Below are positions 37,293 through 45,487 of a stretch of DNA of 64,000 bases, in pieces. Within the stretch, counting starts at the first letter, position 1; every line of letters begins with the position of its first letter. A program made the position numbers and the translations under genes. The notes under the pieces were generated by a model. That model did no database searches, had not been told where the DNA came from, and was given only the letters and a program-made list of their open reading frames with translations. The stretch is from Candidatus Latescibacterota bacterium (GTDB lineage: Bacteria > Latescibacterota > UBA2968 > UBA8231), in the NCBI GenBank assembly GCA_965215195.1, contig CBDCDC010000001.1:32001-96000 (forward strand), in the 5' to 3' direction.

Positions 37293-38208
37293 TTACTACC
37301 TTGGAGACTAAGTTGTCTTCTGCGTCTTTCTTGCGGTAGAGGTGCTCGACGATTGCGATCTTGTCGAGGTCGGTATCGCACCAGACGCGCCCCCGCAGAT
37401 ATAGGCGCGGCCTCGGGTTCATAAAGGGCAGGGGACGCAGCAGCTGACGCCAGCGGCTGCGCGGCCGCCCCTCAACGCGAATGCCCTCGTGCTCTTGCAC
37501 GGCTTCTGGAGCAATGTCCACCACGAAGTCGCGCAATTGCTTCTTAAAAAAAACCGGATACCAGTCTTGAACATACGCGTCTTTGAGCATGATCCGGGCC
37601 ATGCTCAACCGATGCACCCTTAGAACCTGTTTGCCGCGGGAAAACTCTAGCTGGATGTGGCCCGATTTGAGGGAATGGCTTTGCAGCTTGAGGTCGCTGG
37701 GCGCGAAAAACTGCAAGCCGTACACGCTCCACAGATGAGCGTCCTCAGCTTCTTGGTCGACGAGCGAGCTGAACACGGCCTCGGCTTGCTCGGGCAAAAA
37801 CTCGTCTAGCTTGGCCAGCACTCTCAGGAGCACTACCCGCCCGGACTCCAAGGCGAGCGCTAGGTTGTACGCGCGAAAGTCGGCTTCCCAGATGAAGACC
37901 TCGTATTCCCGGCCTTCGAGGAATTTCTTGTTTTTGAGGAATCGGGCGCGGCGCTGGACCTCAAAGGGGGCATCGACCTTTTGGGCCTTCTTTTGCAGGT
38001 TGGCCAAGTAGCGATCTACCAGCTCGGTCAGGCGCAGGGCCTCGCCGCGGCCTTTGAGACGCCGCCATTCGATCTCGGCGCGCACGATTTCGGCGTCGTC
38101 GAGGCGGGCATAGCCCTTTTCAAAGTCTCCGTCAACCCGGCCGAGATTCCAGTCGTCGGGCACGGACAGCCTCAGTCCTTGCCACGCGAAATCCACCCAA
38201 TCGCTCAT
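37216..38208 (-). CDS. hypothetical protein, two tandem PsbP/Mog1-like halves (tentative)
   Basis: Operon position; related segments WQGLRLSVPDDW and WSVYGLQFFAPSDL; no signal peptide. Confidence 0.7.
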   Translation of the reverse strand: MSDWVDFAWQGLRLSVPDDWNLGRVDGDFEKGYARLDDAEIVRAEIEWRRLKGRGEALRLTELVDRYLANLQKKAQKVDAPFEVQRRARFLKNKKFLEGREYEVFIWEADFRAYNLALALESGRVVLLRVLAKLDEFLPEQAEAVFSSLVDQEAEDAHLWSVYGLQFFAPSDLKLQSHSLKSGHIQLEFSRGKQVLRVHRLSMARIMLKDAYVQDWYPVFFKKQLRDFVVDIAPEAVQEHEGIRVEGRPRSRWRQLLRPLPFMNPRPRLYLRGRVWCDTDLDKIAIVEHLYRKKDAEDNLVSKVVNGHFIKKQGTQAEPGRHVGVAANAQ

Positions 38209-38209
38209 G

Positions 38210-40630
38210 CTAGAAGATCAACACGGAGACCGATTTCTGGATCAGGGCAATCCCCACCGATGCCATCCCCATCAGTGCCATGCCGCAGGAGAAGCCTACC
38301 GCCAGAATCGGAGCAAACTGCCGCCATTCCTGCCGCCCGTACTTGTTCCAAAAGTAGTAGCGAGCCAAGAGCGCACCGACGATCTCGGTGACGACCAAGT
38401 GTGGCAGAGTCGTCAGTGAGCGCACGAAACCAAAGATCAGCAGAATCGGCAGCCCGAGGATAGACAGCAGAATGAAACTCACCAGCCCAAAGCCGGCACC
38501 AAAGGCGATGACCTCTAGTTTCAGCGCCCTAAAGAGCCAAGGCACGTCGGTGGAGTGCTGGATCCAAGAGCTGGTAAAGAGCGGATCGGTATCGACCTCA
38601 AAGTAGAAGGACCATCCGGCCGGCACGGCACGCTCGACCTGCACTTCGAGGGTCGGGCGGGGATCGCGGATGATTGTGTCCATCGCTGGCCCCAGCGGCA
38701 CAATCGCCGGCAGGCCCTCGACAACTTCCTCTTCGGCTAGCTGCTCGTCGCGCAAGTAGCGCTCGGCGACGATGTCGGGTGCCCCCTGCTCAAAGTACGA
38801 GTAGAAAACTTGGGTCGGCATCCACTGCCCGACTTGGCCGCGCTTGCCGTTGGAGTCCAGCCACTCCTGATCCACTAGCCGCACCCGCCAGTACCACCAC
38901 TCGTTTTCGATTAGATTAGCCGGGGTCCATCCCGCCCGGTCGTTGTCTATGGCCAGTTCGCTGCGCATGGTGCCGGTGATAAACAGGCATTGCTGGTAGG
39001 CGCGCAGCCGCCACATTAGCTGGGCATAGGGGTAGGAGGCCGACGGAATGGGTGCCAGTTTCCAAATGTAGGAGCCGTAGAGAAAACTGGTAAAGAGTAC
39101 GATGGGCACCATGAAAATCTCGGCGCGGATGATGCTGGTAAACTGGGTTCCAGTCAATTCGATCTCGCGGAACTTCTGGGTCTGGGCACCGTAGTTGCCC
39201 AAGGGAAACGGAATGAACCAGATGTCAACGCCGCGATACCCAGAGAAGATAATCGTGGCCTCGCGCACAAAGGGGATCTCCACCGTCTGCCCCACCATCC
39301 CGACTAGGCGGGCGTTGACGAAGGACTGAAAGGGCGTGAATATGAAACCAAAAAAGAGAAAAAACCATATAAATTGGGCAATGCCCGGCAGCAGCCAGGC
39401 GGCGATGCCGATCAGGCCGGCCGTGGCCAAGACGTATAGGGCCAGCGCTACCCAGATGGGGAAATCGCCGCGGCCCACGGGGGTAGCGAAGCTGCGCTTG
39501 GGACTGCCATCATCTCCTGCGTTGGCCCTAGCACTGCGCACGCTCTGAAATACCTGATAGATGCCGATGACGGCGATGGCGATGGTGGTGCCGATGCCAA
39601 AGCTCATCCAGAAATCGACATTGTTGACGAAGAAGGTCTCGACCGTGCCCATGCCTTGCTGCCACAAATTCAGGTACGGCTCCTCGCGCCACGAAGGCGT
39701 CCAAGTATAGAGCAGCGGATTGGCAATGGAGGCGACGACCACGCCGAGAAAGGTGCCGACCACGCCCCAAAACGGCACCACTAGCCCGGTAAAGATCGGC
39801 CCCAAGTGCGCGGTAAATCCCAGCGGAGTGGCCGGGATGAAGTTACCGGTGACTTGCGTGAAGTCGACAAAGGGAATGGGTATGAGTTGGATCGGCTCAG
39901 TCAGCAGTGCGCCGGTAATCGCCGGCAAGGCCACGTAGATCGTGCCAAAGACCAAGCCGATCATCGCCCCGGCCGAGAATACTCGCCAGCGCCAAGTCTC
40001 AAGCCCTTGGGTGGTCTCGGCTAGGGCCGTAGCACCTTGGGCGTTTACGGGCGCGAAGGGAAAGGGCAGGCGCTCGTAGTCGGAGCTGAGCCGGAAGAGC
40101 GCGTACGACATGGTGAACCAGTTGATGCGCGAGATGATCATCCCCAAGACTAGGAGTACGATCGGCATCGCCCAATCCGAGTGTAGGAAGGTCCGCTCGA
40201 TGATGGCGGAGGAATTGAGCGGCGGTGCCACCCAAGTGGGAATCAGCTTGGTGATGCCGAACTGCTTGGCCGCTGGGGATTGCACCAAGTACTGGTTGTA
40301 GAGCAAACCCTCAAAGGCACCAGTCTCCGCGGCAATCAGGGAGGAGGCCACGTAGAACAGCACATAGACTTCTTGGCGCCGGAGGGAGGAAAAGGAGCGC
40401 TTGGTGATTTCGGCGAAGAGGATGATGGTCACCCACTCGGCCGCTGCCCCCAAAGAGCCACCGATCATCAGGCTCAAGTACATGTTGCCCGGCACCATGA
40501 TAAAGGCGACGAAGAATACGCCGAGGATGGCCTTGATCGTAAAGCCGTTCTCGAAGCGGTCCGGGACCTGCATTAGATCCCGATATTCTTCGATCTCTTG
40601 GTTCGGGTTTCTATTTTTTCTTCCGAGCAC
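38210..40630 (-). CDS. OPT/YSL-like oligopeptide transporter family membrane protein with a soluble beta-sandwich insert
   Basis: GFTIKAILG...YLSLMIG, AEWVTIILF.E, ERLPFPFAPV.AQGA.ALAE, many TMs; GTG start with GGAGG RBS. Confidence 0.75.
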   Translation of the reverse strand: MLGRKNRNPNQEIEEYRDLMQVPDRFENGFTIKAILGVFFVAFIMVPGNMYLSLMIGGSLGAAAEWVTIILFAEITKRSFSSLRRQEVYVLFYVASSLIAAETGAFEGLLYNQYLVQSPAAKQFGITKLIPTWVAPPLNSSAIIERTFLHSDWAMPIVLLVLGMIISRINWFTMSYALFRLSSDYERLPFPFAPVNAQGATALAETTQGLETWRWRVFSAGAMIGLVFGTIYVALPAITGALLTEPIQLIPIPFVDFTQVTGNFIPATPLGFTAHLGPIFTGLVVPFWGVVGTFLGVVVASIANPLLYTWTPSWREEPYLNLWQQGMGTVETFFVNNVDFWMSFGIGTTIAIAVIGIYQVFQSVRSARANAGDDGSPKRSFATPVGRGDFPIWVALALYVLATAGLIGIAAWLLPGIAQFIWFFLFFGFIFTPFQSFVNARLVGMVGQTVEIPFVREATIIFSGYRGVDIWFIPFPLGNYGAQTQKFREIELTGTQFTSIIRAEIFMVPIVLFTSFLYGSYIWKLAPIPSASYPYAQLMWRLRAYQQCLFITGTMRSELAIDNDRAGWTPANLIENEWWYWRVRLVDQEWLDSNGKRGQVGQWMPTQVFYSYFEQGAPDIVAERYLRDEQLAEEEVVEGLPAIVPLGPAMDTIIRDPRPTLEVQVERAVPAGWSFYFEVDTDPLFTSSWIQHSTDVPWLFRALKLEVIAFGAGFGLVSFILLSILGLPILLIFGFVRSLTTLPHLVVTEIVGALLARYYFWNKYGRQEWRQFAPILAVGFSCGMALMGMASVGIALIQKSVSVLIF

Positions 40631-40643
40631 TCGCTATCCTCCC

Positions 40644-43600
40644 TTACGCCGACACTTCGCTGCGCAGCCCTTGCAGAATTTCCGCGCCCTGTTGGCGGTA
40701 GCCTTCTTTGGCCTCGGCATCCACCGTGCGCCAGATGAGGAACTGCTTGCGGATGACGTTCATAAAGCGCTGGTTGACCCTTCGCCACGAGGCGTCCTCG
40801 CCGCTGAGTCGCTTGATTTGCAGGCCGACCGCGTAAATGTTGTGCTCGGCCTCTGGCATGGCCCGCACGGTGACGTGTTGGCTGACTCCGAGGTCAAAGG
40901 GAGCCAGCCAAATGTTCATGTCGATCAGATATCCCTCGCCGTTGGGCGTCTCCTCGCGTTTCAAGCTGGCACCGTCGGTGTAGAAAGTGCCGATGGACTC
41001 CTCGCTGTAGGAGTCGAAATAGCCGATGAGGAATACGCTCAAGCCCAAGACCTCGTGGCCGCTGACCGTAAAGGGGAACTCGAAATCCCACTGGTCGCCA
41101 TCGGGCGGCGGCAGCTTCCACTTGCGGGTCACGTCGGGCACGGCCATCTGCGATGCCTTGCGCGCTGGATAAATCGTCGAGAGCATGACCACGGCCATTA
41201 CCAGCATACAGGAGAGCACCGCGGCCACCGAGGAGTAGTTGAGGGTGAAGCCGCCCAGCAGGTCGAACTCAATGAGCACCTTGGCGATCACTTGGCCGCT
41301 GAGGTAACCGGCTACTACTCCGAGCACCGAGTACACGCAACTCTCGGCGATAAAGAGCCAAGAGATATGGCCGGGGGCTAAGCCCACTGAAGAGTAGATG
41401 CCGATTTCGCGGAAGCGCTCGTACACGCTGCCCATCATGGTGTTGAGCACGATCAGTGAGGCGATCAGCATGGGGATGAACAAGTTGCTCATGCCGGAAA
41501 AAGAGGTCATCCCCAGCGATGAATAGATCGACACCTTGATGTATTCGTCTCCGGGCTCCTTGACTCCGGCGAAGAGCGTCACCGCGAGGCGGGAGAGGAA
41601 CTCCTCGACCTCGCCGCGCACATCGCTGCCTGCTGGGAAGCGCACCGCTACCGACTGTAGCGGGTTGCCGCTGCCGACGTTGCGCAGCGTGTGGTAGGGC
41701 GTGATCAGGATGTTGGCCGGCTCTAGATGGACAAAGGGCTTGATGACGACCTTGGCGTCCTCCAAGCCCTGCTTCTCGCGCTTTTCTTCCTCGGCTATTT
41801 CCTGCACGGCTTGGCCGCCGGTGACGGCAAAGTCGGCCGGCGTCAGGATTTCGTCGTCGAGATCTTTGAGGTCCTTCATCCGCTTGGAGTCGAGGACGCC
41901 AACGACCGTGAACAAGTCGCCGAAGATCCGCACCTGCGCCCGGCCGACATCGGCGAGGTCGAGGTCGAGATGGGCCTCCTTGACCATGTCGATGGGCAGG
42001 ATGCAGACCTTGTCCTCGCCCGGCTCAAACCACCGCCCGGCAACTAGGGCTTGGTCCAGCCCGGTGACCTCGGTTTCATCCGGGGTCAATCCGAGGACGC
42101 CGAGCGCGTTATGGGCCTTGTCGCCGTGTTTTATTTTGATATGCGCCTTGGCTTTGTTGCTGTACCAACTGCGCGGCGCGACCGCGGCGCGACCGCCGAA
42201 GTTGCTGCGGGCGTATTCGAGCACGGAATCCTCCATCGGATTCCACGCCTTGCTGCGGATTAGGATGCCTTCGTAGAGGCCCTCGTTGTCGCGGCTGATT
42301 TGGTTGAATCGCAAGCCGGTGCGGATGGAGGTGAAAGAGAGGACCGTAAAGGTCAGCAGCAAGAGCGTGGTAAAGGTGAGGACCGTGCGCGTCTTGCGCC
42401 GCTTCATGTTGGAAATCCCGAGCTGGAAGGCCGTCAGCGAGGCCGAAGAGCGGCTGACGTCCGTGTCGTGAATCACGGCCACCTCGGTGCGCAGCTTCTT
42501 CATCTGCTCGTTGAAGCGGCCGGAAATGATCGACATTACGAGGACGGCCAGCGCGATGATGATGAAGGCCAATAGGATGACGAAGGGATTGGATAGCTGG
42601 AAGGCCGGATGCACTATCCACAGCACGATCCAGATCGCCAAGAAGACCCCGACGAATCCGATGATCTGATTGCGGATCGTGGCGGCCGTAAAAAGGAGCC
42701 GCTCGGTAAAAAAGGCGCAGGGAAGGACGAGGGCCATGAAGAAGATAATGCCCTGAATGACGTCGTTTTGGGTGGATTTGACGTCTGGATAGGCACGCGA
42801 CTCCAGCCCGAAGGCCGCGCGCGTGTGGCGCACGAAATCGCCCCAGCGCTGCTCGGTGCCAGCCGCTGCGGCTTGGTCTAGCTCGGTCTCGGCCCGGTAG
42901 TGGAGGTCGTTGAGGCGCTGGTTTTCAATGGCAAAGCTCCGCAACTCGCGCATCCGCGACTCGTCGAGATTCCACATGTCTTGGGCGGCTTGGAAGGTCG
43001 TGCGGGCAAAAGAGGTGCCGGGGCGGATCTCAAAGCCCTCGCCTTCGGCCTTGTCTTTGTTGGTGACGCTAGTGGCGTTGAGCAGCAGCGAGCGAAAGCC
43101 GAGCAGGCCCGCGCCAAAGCCCATCTTTATGCGCGAGCCGGGCCGCGCAAAGAGCACCCCAACCGGCTCGTTTTGGGCCGAGGGGCCTTCGCCGATGGTG
43201 TAACCGTACTCCACGGGTGCGCTGTTCGTCTCGTCGAAAACCTGCACGTTGGACAGCTTGGTGAGATAGCGCGGATCGACGATGTCGAAGAAGTTGTAGG
43301 GTACGCAGGGGAAGAGGATGACCATCCACTGCTTGTCGCGCCAGTCCATGGAGACCTTCATCGGGTAGCTCTCGTCGCCTTGCACGCCGCGGTCTGGGGC
43401 GTAGGTGATGCGGCCGGTGATCGGGTCCATGTAGTAGCCCTCGATCTGCACGTTGTTGACCCGCACCCGATTTACGTAAAAAGCCCCCCGATCATCGACG
43501 ACTTCGTAATACTCGCCGCGCACGCCTTTGTACGACTTTTTCTTGCCGTTGCGCACGACGGCCACTGCGTCGGCACGCGGCAGGTCGGGGATGATGCTGC

Positions 43601-45470
43601 GGCGCGGAAAGACCATGGTGCGGCCGCGCAGGGAGCGCAGATTGTCGCGCAGGCGCATCTTGAAGTCCGGGAAAAGCTCTGGGTCTGCAAAGGCCATCTC
43701 GAACATGCCGGAGAGCACCCGGATCTGTTTGGCGAGATTGGCGTGGTTGACGCGCTCGCCTTGGTCTAAGGGCGTATCGACGAGGAAGCGCGCGTCGTTG
43801 ACGGTGACAAAGGCCAACGCCGGCGTACCGGTCGCCAACACCAATTCGCTGTTGACCGATATTTCGCCCGGTACAAAAGTCTGCCAGCTCATCCCGCCTT
43901 CGGGGCTGATGCCATTGACCAGCACGTCGCGCTGTTGGTAGCCCAGTTCGCGGCTGATCTTGCGCGCATAAGCCATGAAGTTCTTGCCGAAGGGCGCGAA
44001 GTAGCGCTTGTAGTAAAAGCTGGTATTGCTATTCCACACCCCGAGCTCGTCGGTCTGCGAAGAAAGGTCGAGACTGATGAAGAGCTTGACCGCGAGCGAA
44101 TCGACTTTGGGATCGACCCAAGTTTTGTAGAGCGCGAGGCGCAAGTCGTCGTCCGAGCGCACCTGATCAACCAGTTCGCGGCGGTTTTTGAATCGCTCGC
44201 CGGCGAGGTGCAGGTCGCCTTCTTCTCGGCTCAGCAGCCCCTTGAGGCCCTCTACGGCTCTCTTCCACAAGCCCTGTGAACTGCTCGCTGCGCCTTCTTC
44301 TTGGCTCAGCAGCCCTTCGGCGAGCGCGGCGTCGGCAATGTCTGCGGCCAAGTCGGTGCGCCCTTCGGCAACGCTCCGCACGAGAGCTTCCTTGCCGGTG
44401 AACTCCTCCTCGCCGATGGCGTAGTGGATGCCGTCTTGGGCGATCATGTTCCGTGCGAGTGCGGCATCGACGACCCGCCTCACCAGCATGTGTTCGATAA
44501 AGGGATCCTCTTTGCGCAAATAGCGCTGGATGAAATCATCGACCCCGCGCAAGCCTAAGTGGTGGGCCGAAGTAGCGAGAAAGACGACCGTGCGCGCTGG
44601 CGGGTGCGCACGAAAATAGCGCGCCAGCTCCAACAGTGCAGTAATGCTGGAGGCCTGCTCGGCACCCGGGGTGAGGGCCGGCACGACCGACATGGCGTCG
44701 TAGTACGCTTCCAGCACGATCACGTCCTCTTTCATCAAGGGATCGTATCCGGGGATCGCGCCGAGGATATTCCAAGCGGGACGCCGCTCCCAATCCATGC
44801 GGTACTCCAAGTGCAGCGTCTGCTCGTCCCCTGCGGCCAATTGGCGGCGCAGGCGCTGGCCGGCTTGGCGATTGATCCAGAACCTCGGCAGGTCGAGCGG
44901 CATGGTGAGGAACTTCTTTTCGCCTTCCAAGTACACGGTGGAGTCCGGCTCGATAAAGACGATGGCCTGCGCCCCCAGATAGGCGGCATTGAGCCAAGCG
45001 TCGCCCGAATTGAAGTCCATCAGGGCGACGGCCCCTTCGACTTGTTGGCCATCCATGTCCGCGTATTCGCCCGCGCCGGCGTCTATCAAGCGCCCGGTCA
45101 CCCCGCCTTCGGGCAGCGTCGAAGTTTTGACTAGATTGGGCCAGAGGCCGTGGATTGGCACTTGTTCGCCGCTTTCGACGACCCGCAGGAATCCGCCCTT
45201 ATCGACGGGAATCGAGACGTCGTATTCGTGGACTGCGACGTCGTCGAGGCCGATTGCGCGGAAGTGCTCCTGCACGATCTGGGCCGCTTGGTCGGCCCCC
45301 GGATAGCCGGCGACCCTAGATCCCAAACCGGCAAAAGTGTCCATCGTCTGCTGTACGCGCTCGACCGGGGCCGTGCGCGCCAACTCGGCAAAATCGACCT
45401 CGGCTTGGGCCAGTGCCGCGCCGGCCAAAATCCAGCCGAGGGCCATCCACTTCACCGCGAACTTAGGCAT
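40644..45470 (-). CDS. large membrane protein: signal peptide, M28/nicastrin-like domain, TM bundle and MacB/FtsX permease
   Basis: SRVAGYPG, PA-like domain, AYYD..PGAEQA; NMKRRKTRTVLT; NTMMGSVYERFREIGIYSSVGL (FtsX motif); start MPKFAVKW. Confidence 0.85.
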   Translation of the reverse strand: MPKFAVKWMALGWILAGAALAQAEVDFAELARTAPVERVQQTMDTFAGLGSRVAGYPGADQAAQIVQEHFRAIGLDDVAVHEYDVSIPVDKGGFLRVVESGEQVPIHGLWPNLVKTSTLPEGGVTGRLIDAGAGEYADMDGQQVEGAVALMDFNSGDAWLNAAYLGAQAIVFIEPDSTVYLEGEKKFLTMPLDLPRFWINRQAGQRLRRQLAAGDEQTLHLEYRMDWERRPAWNILGAIPGYDPLMKEDVIVLEAYYDAMSVVPALTPGAEQASSITALLELARYFRAHPPARTVVFLATSAHHLGLRGVDDFIQRYLRKEDPFIEHMLVRRVVDAALARNMIAQDGIHYAIGEEEFTGKEALVRSVAEGRTDLAADIADAALAEGLLSQEEGAASSSQGLWKRAVEGLKGLLSREEGDLHLAGERFKNRRELVDQVRSDDDLRLALYKTWVDPKVDSLAVKLFISLDLSSQTDELGVWNSNTSFYYKRYFAPFGKNFMAYARKISRELGYQQRDVLVNGISPEGGMSWQTFVPGEISVNSELVLATGTPALAFVTVNDARFLVDTPLDQGERVNHANLAKQIRVLSGMFEMAFADPELFPDFKMRLRDNLRSLRGRTMVFPRRSIIPDLPRADAVAVVRNGKKKSYKGVRGEYYEVVDDRGAFYVNRVRVNNVQIEGYYMDPITGRITYAPDRGVQGDESYPMKVSMDWRDKQWMVILFPCVPYNFFDIVDPRYLTKLSNVQVFDETNSAPVEYGYTIGEGPSAQNEPVGVLFARPGSRIKMGFGAGLLGFRSLLLNATSVTNKDKAEGEGFEIRPGTSFARTTFQAAQDMWNLDESRMRELRSFAIENQRLNDLHYRAETELDQAAAAGTEQRWGDFVRHTRAAFGLESRAYPDVKSTQNDVIQGIIFFMALVLPCAFFTERLLFTAATIRNQIIGFVGVFLAIWIVLWIVHPAFQLSNPFVILLAFIIIALAVLVMSIISGRFNEQMKKLRTEVAVIHDTDVSRSSASLTAFQLGISNMKRRKTRTVLTFTTLLLLTFTVLSFTSIRTGLRFNQISRDNEGLYEGILIRSKAWNPMEDSVLEYARSNFGGRAAVAPRSWYSNKAKAHIKIKHGDKAHNALGVLGLTPDETEVTGLDQALVAGRWFEPGEDKVCILPIDMVKEAHLDLDLADVGRAQVRIFGDLFTVVGVLDSKRMKDLKDLDDEILTPADFAVTGGQAVQEIAEEEKREKQGLEDAKVVIKPFVHLEPANILITPYHTLRNVGSGNPLQSVAVRFPAGSDVRGEVEEFLSRLAVTLFAGVKEPGDEYIKVSIYSSLGMTSFSGMSNLFIPMLIASLIVLNTMMGSVYERFREIGIYSSVGLAPGHISWLFIAESCVYSVLGVVAGYLSGQVIAKVLIEFDLLGGFTLNYSSVAAVLSCMLVMAVVMLSTIYPARKASQMAVPDVTRKWKLPPPDGDQWDFEFPFTVSGHEVLGLSVFLIGYFDSYSEESIGTFYTDGASLKREETPNGEGYLIDMNIWLAPFDLGVSQHVTVRAMPEAEHNIYAVGLQIKRLSGEDASWRRVNQRFMNVIRKQFLIWRTVDAEAKEGYRQQGAEILQGLRSEVSA

Positions 45471-45487
45471 AGTTGTAAGTGCCTTTC

